A DNA stretch of 32,000 nt from Chlamydiales bacterium. GTDB lineage: Bacteria > Chlamydiota > Chlamydiia > Chlamydiales > JAAKFR01. The position numbers were made by a program, and so were the translations under genes. Positions 17,899-27,237 of the stretch are shown here, piece by piece. A model generated the notes under the pieces. It was given only the letters and a program-made list of their open reading frames with translations, searched no databases and was not told where the DNA came from. Position 1 is the first letter of the stretch. The number at the start of each line of letters is the position of its first letter. The DNA lies in contig JAWLBH010000001.1 of the NCBI GenBank assembly GCA_041395025.1, positions 420,001 through 452,000 of the forward strand, written 5' to 3'.

Positions 17899-18486
17899 AT
17901 GTTTCGCCGTCCAACAAAAAATCCATTAGATGAAAATGCATTAATCTACGATCAAGAGCCCCATACTTCATCTCCTTATAAATATGGATCAATAAAGGAA
18001 GAAATTCCTCCTCGAATTTTTGATAAACCCCATCCTCAAGTAGGAAGAGCTTCTAACCGTTCTCTTCCTAATGAGAGTCAAGATGAGCAGCAATGGAATA
18101 TTTCTGAAGACACTGCCTCTCTTCCTCATCATTTTATGAAAGAAGAAGATCCAGAAACTACTCTTGGTGAAGGAGTCACTTTTCGTGGAGAACTGAGTTT
18201 CGAACGCCTACTGCGTATCGATGGTTCATTTGAAGGAGAACTACTTTCACAAGGGAAAGTGATTATTGGACCGAAAGGGAAAGTTAAAGCAAATCTTAAT
18301 TTACGTGAAGCAGTCATCGAAGGAGAAGTTGAGGGCAATATTGTAGTGCAAGAAAAACTTGAACTAAGAGGAGAAGCTTTGATTAAAGGAGATATAAAAG
18401 CTAGATCTTTATGTGTTGATGAAGGTGTCCAACTGATTGGCCATGTAAATGTCACTCAAGATCCTGCTAAAGAACACCCTCTTTGA
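17899..18486 (+). CDS. Bactofilin-family cytoskeletal protein with a long N-terminal low-complexity tail
   Basis: 195 aa. The C-terminal 100 aa or so show the bactofilin beta-helix pattern (GEGVTFRGELSFERLLRIDGSFEGELLSQGKVIIGPKGKVKANLNLREAVIEGEVEGNIVVQEKLELRGEALIKGDIKARSLCVDEGVQLIGHVNV). The first 90 aa or so are Pro/Ser/Glu-rich. Confidence 0.85.
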   Translation: MFRRPTKNPLDENALIYDQEPHTSSPYKYGSIKEEIPPRIFDKPHPQVGRASNRSLPNESQDEQQWNISEDTASLPHHFMKEEDPETTLGEGVTFRGELSFERLLRIDGSFEGELLSQGKVIIGPKGKVKANLNLREAVIEGEVEGNIVVQEKLELRGEALIKGDIKARSLCVDEGVQLIGHVNVTQDPAKEHPL

Positions 18487-18502
18487 AAAGACCCTACTTT
18501 AT

Positions 18503-19204
18503 TTATGACATCATTTCTGTGAATGCCATAACATAAATTTTTTTAGCCATTCCTTGTCTTAGTAGATCAGCTTTTTGACTTAGGGCTTCTCCTCTTTGCA
18601 TGACATTATCGATCAAAAGAAGAGTCTTACCTTTAATATTCGCCTTTTTTTTTAGGTAACATTCTGTCCTTTGAGGAGCTTCAAACTCCTCTTCATGAAA
18701 ATTTCTTCGTGGAAGAAGAGTCATTCGCCGTCCTATACATGGGTAGACCTTCCTCTTGACATATTTTGCAAAGGCTTGTGCTAGAAGCATCATATGATCT
18801 TGAAACCAAACAGAATGTGGGACTGGTATCACCAGGTCAGGTAGTTCCCATCCCAATCTTTCAAACTGTAAAAACATAAATGCCCCTGCTATTTTAGCCA
18901 GATATACTTTTTGGAAAGAGGCCATTTTTTTCACAAATGTTTGAACAGAACCTATATACTCTAGAGAAGCAGCCATCTTGAGATTCAATTCTTTTTTATC
19001 TTTACAATTGAAACAAGGAAGGTCTCCCTTCTCTTTAAAACAAAAATAACAGCGTTTCCATGGATCAATCAATTCAAAATAGAGAGCACACTCTTGACAC
19101 ATCAAATAAGATGTTTTTCGATAACAATGTAGACATATTTGTGGAAATAAAATGTCGGAAAATAATTTTAGAGCTTTACTAAAAAAAAATTGACTTGATT
19201 GCAT
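18503..19204 (-). CDS. comF: ComF-family / phosphoribosyltransferase-like protein with an N-terminal double Cys-pair zinc finger
   Basis: 233 aa. It has two CxxC pairs twice (CLHC..CQEC; CYFC..CFNC), an IPVPHS block, and a C-terminal PRTase-like loop LLLIDNVMQRGEAL where ComF proteins usually have a D-D-V-x-T-T-G-x-T-like loop. Confidence 0.7.
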   Translation of the reverse strand: MQSSQFFFSKALKLFSDILFPQICLHCYRKTSYLMCQECALYFELIDPWKRCYFCFKEKGDLPCFNCKDKKELNLKMAASLEYIGSVQTFVKKMASFQKVYLAKIAGAFMFLQFERLGWELPDLVIPVPHSVWFQDHMMLLAQAFAKYVKRKVYPCIGRRMTLLPRRNFHEEEFEAPQRTECYLKKKANIKGKTLLLIDNVMQRGEALSQKADLLRQGMAKKIYVMAFTEMMS

Positions 19205-19318
19205 GTTTTTTGATTTATTTTTTGTTTAACAAGGTTAATCTCTTCGTATTTTGAAATACTAGATTTAAATTTTTAGATCAAAAATGGGATGGTTGATGAT
19301 GAAAGGAAATCCATTCGA

Positions 19319-19954
19319 ATGAAATACTTTTTTTCTTTCCTATGTATGTTTTTTCATCTATCAGCTTATAGCTTAACTATTACATCTGATATTACTACCA
19401 TTACCGAAGAAAGAAATATTGAACATCCCCATGTAAAAATCTCAGAGGATGGCAAAGGAATGGTAGTGTGGACAAGTCATACCTCTGTCACTGAAATCCA
19501 AGCAGCATATTTTAATGGCACTCATTGGCTACAATCTTTAACAATTAGTAGAGGTACTTTTCCAAGATTTGGTATTGCTTTAAATGGAGTGGCTTTTGCA
19601 GTCTGGTTAAATACGATCAATACCAGTGCAGGTCAGATTTTTGTTTCTCAGTTTGATCCTTTAACAAATTCGTGGTCTCAACCTATTCAAATTTCAAATG
19701 GAGGAATTAATGCAGCTCCAGATATTGCTGTAAATGCTGGAGGAAATGCGGTTGCAGTTTGGATTCAGAACTATCCAACCTCAATTCAAGCAGCAACTTA
19801 TGATGCTTCTACCTCAACATGGTCTGAACCAAAAACCTTGATTAATAAAGCAGTGATTTCTCCTAAAGTCACCCTTAATGAGGCGAATCAGGGTATTGTA
19901 ATGTGGCGTGGTAGAGCCTCTCATATCGAGACAATGAATATTTCTCTTCCTTAA
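19319..19954 (+). CDS. Secreted hypothetical protein built from ~45-aa tandem repeats (beta-propeller-like)
   Basis: The start is set at MKYFFSFLCMFFHLSAYS, a signal-peptide-like sequence. Three and a half repeats share G-x-(A/V)-x-(A/V)-VW ... IQAA-Y(F/D) ... (T/N)-(H/S)-W-(S/L)-(Q/E)-(P/S). Examples are DGKGMVVW, NGVAFAVW, GGNAVAVW and NQGIVMW. Confidence 0.6.
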   Translation: MKYFFSFLCMFFHLSAYSLTITSDITTITEERNIEHPHVKISEDGKGMVVWTSHTSVTEIQAAYFNGTHWLQSLTISRGTFPRFGIALNGVAFAVWLNTINTSAGQIFVSQFDPLTNSWSQPIQISNGGINAAPDIAVNAGGNAVAVWIQNYPTSIQAATYDASTSTWSEPKTLINKAVISPKVTLNEANQGIVMWRGRASHIETMNISLP

Positions 19955-19975
19955 AGGAGGGTTCATTATAAGTTG

Positions 19976-22900
19976 CTATTCCTCTTCAAATTGGTTACTA
20001 AAGGTGTATTTGGGATGTAAAAGTGTCCCCTTGATACTGATTGTTAAAAATTCAGCTAACTTCATAAGAAGGTTATATTGCTTCATTCTAAGCCTAAAAT
20101 TCAGGTTACCTTTTAGATCAATGTAAGCAGGACTCCCCTCTACTAAGTAAAAACGAGAACGCTTTCCTTCACTATACATATCCTTAAACTCATTAAAAAT
20201 AATCTTACCATCACAAATTTTATAATCGACACAACCACGAACAGGAATAAAATTCGTGAGATCGAGACCAATTCTAGCAGTAATTTCTGTAGGAATGAAA
20301 AGAAGATTAGTGAAGAGAGTTTTCTTCGGCAAATTCGTGAATTCGAAAGTTCCCTCCCCACTAAAACTATCAAGAGCATTTAGATTACCACAAAAATCTG
20401 TGAGATCAAATCTACGAATAAAAAAGGAACGTAATAAAGATCTATTTCGCAAATGTGAACGAATCCAAGGACTTTTAAGACGAGAAAGACGTACTTCTTC
20501 AAGGGTGAGCTTATCACAGAAGAAAGACCAGATTCCCATCTCTTGAAAAAGATTCACTTGCCCAATTGACAGATAACCCGCCCAATCTATCACATTCAGA
20601 TTAGTGAAGCTAAAATGATTTCGATCATACACTACCTCGGAAACAATTGTATCAAATGCAAACCCAGCAAATTGAATTTTTGATCCAGTTAAACTGCCAG
20701 AAAATGAAAAGTAGTTGAAATTCCACTCAGGAATTGTCAAAACGCCTTCTAAAAGATAATGACCTAAGATAGAAAAATGGTTGACTATCTCTCCTAATCG
20801 TGGGCCAAAAAGATGAGATAATTCAAAAGTATCGAAGTGAATTTTCCCTTTTAATGTGTTCTCTTGAGAAAGATTAAGGGATTTAGATGAATAAAGAGCA
20901 CACTCTAATCCTCGTACTTCCCCTGTAATACGATCAATATGTAATCCAGTTTGGTAATCATAGCTCCATTCACATACTAATCCCTTTTCACTGGAAATGT
21001 CTGGAGATAATTCATCATCACTAATCTTGAGTATTCCCTTATTGACATTTTCACTATCCATAACCACATGAGCCCAATAGTCATTGTCTTGGTATAGGAT
21101 CTTCATCCAAAGATTAAAATGGAGAGGATCATAGAGAAGAAAAAAGTTTTCAATATTAAATTTCTGACCACAAACATTATAGGTTCCATCTTTTAAAACC
21201 AGATGAAGCCATAATTTATCAGGAATCATTTCAATTGAAAGACGCCCTTCTAAGGGTTCATTTTGTTTTAACGCTTTTATCCATTGCAAAAGATTTGGAG
21301 AAATTTTACTTGGAAAAAGATTGGCTATAAGCTCTGTCATCCAGGGAAATTTTTCTGGAGGTAAAGAGATATCAAATTCTTCAAAACAACATCTTTGCTC
21401 ATTTAAATCATAGAAAAAGCGACCTAATTTATATTTTTCAAATCCTGTCGGGGTAGGAATATCTACTTCTAAACCTTCAATTGTTAATCCTTTCTTGGAG
21501 GAATATATACAGGTCAATGCATCACCATCTCCAAAATGTATCCCTCCAAACTCAAGATTGTGGAAAGCAGTGTTTAAATGAGCATTTAATCCGTCCCTAA
21601 GATTCCATTCAAATTTTCCTGTGCTCATAATCTCTCCAACTGGTTTCCATAGAGAAGAAGATTTACTCAATTTCCATTGAAAAGATTCAAGATTTCCTTT
21701 CAACTCTTTTTGTTCACGATGATAGATAGCTGAAAAAGCCATCTCTCCTTTTTTTTCTCTATCGTAGAGATGAAAATCCCGCAAAAAAATCTCTTGCCCA
21801 TCCCATATAATCTTCCCTAAACCTTCCCAGTTTTTATAGGCAAAATGTGTCACATCTAAATCTTGAGCCAAACGATTAGCGTGAAACATGATGCCTTCTC
21901 CTTGACATAGAATCTCATGATGATTAGCGAGTCCTTGAAAAGAGCAAAAGTCTGTCGAAATATCAAATATGATGTTATTTAGATCATAAGCAATACGTCC
22001 CCCACATCTTAACTGAAGTTCTTTAAAAAACCCTGCGAATTTTCCTTCAAAATTTCCTGAAATCAGAACTGGATGAGGGTCAAGATGAAAACAAAATACA
22101 CAACCTTTTCCTTCACTCTCTACCTCTCCTTCAAATGGAATCTCCCAAAAAATCGAATCGCAAAAATGAGAGAGAAGTGTTTGTAAATCGGAGGCAGAAC
22201 CAGAAAAATCGTCTGCAGAAATTCTTAAATCGATATCATTAACCTCTCTCACTTCAATTTTTACAGAACCTTTTAATAATAGCTGATTTGAATAAATTTC
22301 AATCTCCTCAATATGCATAAAATTATTCTGAAAATAAGCCATGGCATGACCAGATTCAAATAATAGATCACGGCTCTTGTGATAATAGGTGACATTTTTC
22401 AAAGGAAGAACCCCAACATAGTCCCATGTCTGCAAATTCACTTGATAGACAGCATTTAGATCATGCCCCTGCTCAACACAGTCAGCAGATAAAGAAAAGT
22501 GAGGGTTGTCAATTTGAAAATTTTTTCCCTCATAAGAAATAATAAGATAGTTCTCATCAAAAGTCCCCTGAAAATCTGTTAAACCTGACGCTTTGATCTC
22601 AAGATTTTGTAAAAGAAAAGGAGAAAGAAATTTCTCCAAAGGAAATTGTTGACCTGTAAACCATCCAAGCCATTTTTGTGAAAGACAAAACTGATCAGCA
22701 ACATGATCTAAAAACAAATCAACTGATCTAGAAAGAGAAAAAGGTAAATTTTCAGCAATCTCTTTGATCCCTCTTTGTTCTTTCCCAAATAGACAGCCAA
22801 AAGCAAGTGCATATTCTTCTTCTCCTTTAATGAGAATATTTCCCTCTAGCTCTAAACCTGATTTCAATTTGGAAACAGAGGCTTTTAAATTAAAATGATC

Positions 22901-24103
22901 ATTCGCGAATACTTCACGCAAGTTATCTCGATAATCATCAGGGAAAAAGGTGGAAATTGCAGTTGAATCTCCCTGAAAATCCATTTGAATGAGGCTATCT
23001 GCATGCCAATCAAGAATCAGTCCTCCATCCATTCCCATAAAATTTCCTGCTAAAATTGAGCTTTCAACTTTTCCTTCTCGTACACAAATTTGAGTATGTA
23101 AATTTCTTAAATCCCATAATCCCTGCCAAAATTTAGCTGTTTTCTGAAGAGCTAACCTTCCTCCTTGTAGAACCACATCTCCGTGTATCGTTTCTACTGA
23201 AGAAAGATCGACATCTAAATCTGCTTCGCAAGAATCAATCTCTCCTATTAATTCGAGTAATCTATTCTCTGCATGTAGATTAGCTAAATAGACTGTGCCC
23301 TGAATACACATAGGAAGACCTTGATAAAGGGAGAGATTAAGATTTCCGTTGACTATTCCAGATTTAAAATCCCATTGCATCATTGAATCAGGGATATAGG
23401 TATAAAAAAAATGTGAGATAATCTCATATATTTTTGGTAATGAATTAGATAAGAAATTTGTCTTAAGATGAATAAATCCATTTTTCATCATCGAAAAATC
23501 TGTTCTTAAATTTGGCTCATTGTCATTCCACGTGCATGTAAAAAATCCAAAAGCTTCTTGTTCTATAAGCTGACATTCAAGATCGAAGTGTAAATGATCA
23601 TTAGAAGAAGGGCTTCCTAAATTCTGATCTGTAAATATAAATTCTCCATCTTGAATTACAGTTTTAAGATCACACTTAAAAAAAGGAGAAAAAGAAGGAA
23701 AAGATGAAGGGAATTTTTGAGACTTTACTTTTTGATCGAGTATCTTTAATCCTTTTATTTCTAGAACTCCTCCGATTGCCTGATCTTTAAAATCTAAATG
23801 AGGAGAGAGGCAAGCCTCAGTAAACACTGCCTGGCATTTTCCTGGTTTTACAAGGGCTCCATTTTTAAATATGATTTGCCCATTTTCCCAAATCAAAGCT
23901 TTGTAATTCAATTCTAGTCCAGCCACCTTGTGGAAATAGCGGGTAGCTTGATAATGGATAGAGGCAAGGAAAAGCTTATCGGGAAAAAGGAAAATACCGA
24001 TAAGCAAACCGATCAAAGAAAAAAATAGAATGTGTTTAAAATGATTCACTTTACTGAAGATTACAGATAAATAGAGAGAAGAAAAAGGCTTTTTTCTTCT
24101 CAA
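19976..24103 (-). CDS. 1375-aa N-terminally anchored envelope protein, TamB/AsmA-like
   Basis: An uninterrupted 4.1-kb ORF with a single N-terminal TM (ILFFSLIGLLIGIFLF). The rest is beta-rich, with recurring G-x-hydrophobic-x-hydrophobic patterns (GDVVLQGGRLAL, GNILIKG, GKIHFD). The extreme C-terminus, GKIIFNEF...LTISIKGTLLHPKYTFSN, resembles the TamB signature (G-x-I-x-F ... V-x-V-x-G-T-x-x-x-P-x-x-x-x-S). The CDS call is strong; the functional call is moderate to weak. Confidence 0.75.
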   Translation of the reverse strand: MRRKKPFSSLYLSVIFSKVNHFKHILFFSLIGLLIGIFLFPDKLFLASIHYQATRYFHKVAGLELNYKALIWENGQIIFKNGALVKPGKCQAVFTEACLSPHLDFKDQAIGGVLEIKGLKILDQKVKSQKFPSSFPSFSPFFKCDLKTVIQDGEFIFTDQNLGSPSSNDHLHFDLECQLIEQEAFGFFTCTWNDNEPNLRTDFSMMKNGFIHLKTNFLSNSLPKIYEIISHFFYTYIPDSMMQWDFKSGIVNGNLNLSLYQGLPMCIQGTVYLANLHAENRLLELIGEIDSCEADLDVDLSSVETIHGDVVLQGGRLALQKTAKFWQGLWDLRNLHTQICVREGKVESSILAGNFMGMDGGLILDWHADSLIQMDFQGDSTAISTFFPDDYRDNLREVFANDHFNLKASVSKLKSGLELEGNILIKGEEEYALAFGCLFGKEQRGIKEIAENLPFSLSRSVDLFLDHVADQFCLSQKWLGWFTGQQFPLEKFLSPFLLQNLEIKASGLTDFQGTFDENYLIISYEGKNFQIDNPHFSLSADCVEQGHDLNAVYQVNLQTWDYVGVLPLKNVTYYHKSRDLLFESGHAMAYFQNNFMHIEEIEIYSNQLLLKGSVKIEVREVNDIDLRISADDFSGSASDLQTLLSHFCDSIFWEIPFEGEVESEGKGCVFCFHLDPHPVLISGNFEGKFAGFFKELQLRCGGRIAYDLNNIIFDISTDFCSFQGLANHHEILCQGEGIMFHANRLAQDLDVTHFAYKNWEGLGKIIWDGQEIFLRDFHLYDREKKGEMAFSAIYHREQKELKGNLESFQWKLSKSSSLWKPVGEIMSTGKFEWNLRDGLNAHLNTAFHNLEFGGIHFGDGDALTCIYSSKKGLTIEGLEVDIPTPTGFEKYKLGRFFYDLNEQRCCFEEFDISLPPEKFPWMTELIANLFPSKISPNLLQWIKALKQNEPLEGRLSIEMIPDKLWLHLVLKDGTYNVCGQKFNIENFFLLYDPLHFNLWMKILYQDNDYWAHVVMDSENVNKGILKISDDELSPDISSEKGLVCEWSYDYQTGLHIDRITGEVRGLECALYSSKSLNLSQENTLKGKIHFDTFELSHLFGPRLGEIVNHFSILGHYLLEGVLTIPEWNFNYFSFSGSLTGSKIQFAGFAFDTIVSEVVYDRNHFSFTNLNVIDWAGYLSIGQVNLFQEMGIWSFFCDKLTLEEVRLSRLKSPWIRSHLRNRSLLRSFFIRRFDLTDFCGNLNALDSFSGEGTFEFTNLPKKTLFTNLLFIPTEITARIGLDLTNFIPVRGCVDYKICDGKIIFNEFKDMYSEGKRSRFYLVEGSPAYIDLKGNLNFRLRMKQYNLLMKLAEFLTISIKGTLLHPKYTFSNQFEEE

Positions 24104-24132
24104 TTACCAAAAAATTTGCTACTTTTCGAAGT

Positions 24133-25668
24133 ATGTTACGACGTTTTTTAGATTTTCAATTAGCTTTTTTTGAAAAAGGGAAACCTTTTTATAGATGGCG
24201 TCCTTTTGTCTCAGCTATCGATGCGTTTTGTTATGAAGTCCCCTTAAATACAAAATCTGCCCCTTTTATTCGCGATGCCATCGACTTAAAAAGATGGATG
24301 ATGATTGTTTGTATTGCTTTAGTTCCAGTGATTCTCATGACGATTTGGAACACTGGATTGCAAAAAATTGTCTATGGCAGCGGAGATGCAAAGCTTATGA
24401 AAAACTATCTGATCGCCTCTTCTTCTTTTAAAGGCTATTTTTCCTTTACATTTGCAAATCATCGCTATTTGATGATCCTTAAAGAGGGAATCCAGATTTT
24501 TCTTCCAGTGACATTCATCAGCTATGCTGTTGGAGGAGTCTGTGAAGGCATTATTGCTTCAATTCGAAGACATGAAATTGCAGAAGGTTTTTTGGTGACG
24601 GGCATTCTCTATCCATTAGCACTCCCTCCTACCATTCCCTACTGGATGGTAGCTGTAGCTGTGATTTTTGGGGTGGTTATAGGAAAAGAACTATTTGGTG
24701 GAACAGGTATGAATATTTTAAATCCTGCTCTTACAGCACGGGCTTTTTTATTTTTTACTTTTCCTGGAAAAATGACAGGAGATGTTTGGGTAGGGAGTAA
24801 TCCAACAACTATCACACAAAGTTTACAAAAAATGAATACTGAGGCTGGTCTATCTGAAATTGATGGATTTTCACAAGCAACAGCTCTTCAAGGATTAAAC
24901 ACAGCAATTCCAGAAATTAAGCAAATCCATGTCAGTGCAATTGCCACAAATACACTTGGTACAAAAGCACCTCATTATGAATTAATCCAATCGTATTTCA
25001 ATAGATGGAATGAAGTTGGTAACCACAGTGCAGAACTAGGAAGTCTGACAATTGATCAAATGCGTGATTTTTTAACTAGCCCCATCACAGAAGGAGGGCT
25101 AGGTCTATTACCAGGGAACTTTTCTGCTGCTTATCATGCGACAGAATCGATTTTTGGATTAGAAAAATTTACTGATGGCAACCTCTTTTGGGGCAATGTT
25201 TTAGGAAGCATGGGTGAAACTTCTGTATTTGCTTGCTTACTTGGTAGTTTGTTTTTGATTTATACAGGAGTGGGAGCATGGCGTACGATGGTCGCCTATG
25301 GGATTGGTGCATTTGCTACTGCTTATCTTTTTCAATTTTTTTCTACTCAAACAGGAGTAGATAATGGAGCTTGGAATCCAGCTCGATATATTATGCCTAT
25401 CCACAGGCAATTCCTGATGGGAGGGTTAGCTTTTGGCCTTGTTTTTATGGCTACTGAACCTGTGACTTCTCCGGGGATGCGAGGAGGTTTATGGATTTAT
25501 GGAGTATTGATAGGAATTGTGACTATTTTAATTCGTTTAATTAATCCAGCTTATCCTGAGGGAGTCATGCTAGCTATCCTTTTTGGAAATGTCTTTGCTC
25601 CCTTAATCGATTATTATGTCGTTCGCTATTATCGAAGGAGAGTAATTCGTGGTCGGACTAAAAAATAA
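24133..25668 (+). CDS. nqrB: Na+-translocating NADH:quinone oxidoreductase subunit B
   Basis: 511 aa. The N-terminus aligns with NqrB (FLDF...RDAIDLKRWMMIV). A flavinylation-type site DGFSQATAL is present. At least 8 TM segments are visible, plus a long hydrophilic insertion in the middle. Confidence 0.95.
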   Translation: MLRRFLDFQLAFFEKGKPFYRWRPFVSAIDAFCYEVPLNTKSAPFIRDAIDLKRWMMIVCIALVPVILMTIWNTGLQKIVYGSGDAKLMKNYLIASSSFKGYFSFTFANHRYLMILKEGIQIFLPVTFISYAVGGVCEGIIASIRRHEIAEGFLVTGILYPLALPPTIPYWMVAVAVIFGVVIGKELFGGTGMNILNPALTARAFLFFTFPGKMTGDVWVGSNPTTITQSLQKMNTEAGLSEIDGFSQATALQGLNTAIPEIKQIHVSAIATNTLGTKAPHYELIQSYFNRWNEVGNHSAELGSLTIDQMRDFLTSPITEGGLGLLPGNFSAAYHATESIFGLEKFTDGNLFWGNVLGSMGETSVFACLLGSLFLIYTGVGAWRTMVAYGIGAFATAYLFQFFSTQTGVDNGAWNPARYIMPIHRQFLMGGLAFGLVFMATEPVTSPGMRGGLWIYGVLIGIVTILIRLINPAYPEGVMLAILFGNVFAPLIDYYVVRYYRRRVIRGRTKK

Positions 25669-26599
25669 ACGAGTTCCTCATACTGATTTTCAAATTCTTC
25701 TCTTCATGACTTCTCTTTGTTGTATCTGTGGCTTACTTTTATCTGTCATTGCTTACCTTTTGCATACACCTCAAGAAGAAGCAAAGAATTTCGATCAAAG
25801 CAGACAAATGTTAATTGCTGCAAAAATTCTTAATAACACGGGGTATTTTGAAATTTTTGATGAGGCAACAGAAAAAATTACTCCAGCCCAATATGATCAC
25901 CATCAAAACATTCTTATTGAAGTAGAGGGAGAACCTCCAATAGCTTCTGATGAAGAGATTAAAGAGCTTGCTAATGCTCGTATCCGTCCTTTACTTACAA
26001 CAATTAAAGGAGAAATATCTACATTAGAAGAGCAAAAAGTCATTCTATCCGATTATCTCGAAAAACATCACCAAACAGGATACGCCTCTCTTCCTTATAA
26101 ACTCTTCTATGCAATTTTACCTAATGAATCAAATGCAATGGAAGTGACCTCAGAAGAGGTGATCAAGGATCTGAAAAAAATCTCTGTCTTTGTCATCCCT
26201 GTTTCTGGTTTTGGGCTGTGGGGGCCAATCTATGGCTATCTTGCTCTTAATCCACATAACGATAAAGTCATTGGAACCACTTGGTATGAACATGCAGAAA
26301 CTCCAGGTTTAGGAGCAAACATTGGTGAACCATGGTGGCAAAAGCAGTTTTTTGGGAAAGAAATTTTTCAAGCCTCAGTAGATGGTAATCCCGATTTACA
26401 AACAAGCGATATGGGAATTATTGTTGTCAAAGGCAAGGTAAGCGATGTATATAGAGATTCACCTAAAGCTAGAAGTGCTGTCGATGGAATTTCAGGAGCT
26501 ACACTGACTGGTGATGGGGTCACAGCTGCTTATAAAAATTCTCTTACTCCGTATAGGGAATTTTTAATTAAATATAAGGAAAATACATCAAATGACTAA
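25649..26599 (+). CDS. nqrC: Na+-translocating NADH:quinone oxidoreductase subunit C
   Basis: 316 aa from a GTG start that overlaps nqrB by 20 nt; an alternative ATG lies at 25706. It has a single N-terminal TM and the FMN-attachment motif [13 protein letters not shown]. Confidence 0.88.
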   Translation: MVGLKNKRVPHTDFQILLFMTSLCCICGLLLSVIAYLLHTPQEEAKNFDQSRQMLIAAKILNNTGYFEIFDEATEKITPAQYDHHQNILIEVEGEPPIASDEEIKELANARIRPLLTTIKGEISTLEEQKVILSDYLEKHHQTGYASLPYKLFYAILPNESNAMEVTSEEVIKDLKKISVFVIPVSGFGLWGPIYGYLALNPHNDKVIGTTWYEHAETPGLGANIGEPWWQKQFFGKEIFQASVDGNPDLQTSDMGIIVVKGKVSDVYRDSPKARSAVDGISGATLTGDGVTAAYKNSLTPYREFLIKYKENTSND

Positions 26600-27233
26600 A
26601 GAGCTTAATCTTAAAACCTATTTTCTAGATCCTCTTTGGAAAAGTAACCAGATCTTAATTGCTATTTTAGGTATTTGTTCTGCTCTTGCTGTGACCACCA
26701 CGCTAAATACCGCTTTAACCATGGCAATTGCAGTCAGCCTCGTAACAGGATTTTCTTGTTTCTTCGTTTCAATTTTGCGTCGCGTGACTCCTGATAGTGT
26801 ACGAATGATTACTCAGCTTGCCATTATTTCTTCTTTTGTTATCACCGTCGATCAATTTTTACGCGCCTATTTTTTTAATATTTCTAAAACTCTTTCCGTG
26901 TTTGTAGGTTTGATTATTACAAACTGTATTGTGATGGGTCGAACTGAAAGTATGGCTCGTCATGTTTCTCCGATTCCTGCTTTTTTGGATGGATTATCTG
27001 CAGGTCTTGGATATGGATATATTCTTTTTTTAGTTGCTGGATTGCGCGAATTTTTCGGATTTGGTCAGCTCTTTGGCATCCAAATTATCCCTGAAAGTTG
27101 GTATGCAACAGCAGAACATCCTGATCGTTATCAAAATTTTGGTATCATGGTCCTCGCGCCAGCAGCTTTTTTTATTCTTGGTTTTTTTATCTGGATCACG
27201 AATCTCATAAATAAAAAAGATAAATCAACATAA
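26592..27233 (+). CDS. nqrD: Na+-translocating NADH:quinone oxidoreductase subunit D
   Basis: 213 aa polytopic membrane protein. The conserved Cys contexts GICSALAV and TNCIVMGR are present. It overlaps nqrC by 8 nt. Confidence 0.95.
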   Translation: MTKELNLKTYFLDPLWKSNQILIAILGICSALAVTTTLNTALTMAIAVSLVTGFSCFFVSILRRVTPDSVRMITQLAIISSFVITVDQFLRAYFFNISKTLSVFVGLIITNCIVMGRTESMARHVSPIPAFLDGLSAGLGYGYILFLVAGLREFFGFGQLFGIQIIPESWYATAEHPDRYQNFGIMVLAPAAFFILGFFIWITNLINKKDKST

Positions 27234-27237
27234 TGCT

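Noticed and set aside
19976-24103. The giant protein could be a polymorphic membrane protein, an autotransporter or an adhesin.
   Set aside because: I saw no GGA(I/L/V) repeats and no cleavable signal peptide; an uncleaved TM anchor is present instead. There is also no C-terminal beta-barrel ending in an aromatic residue, since the protein ends ...NQFEEE.
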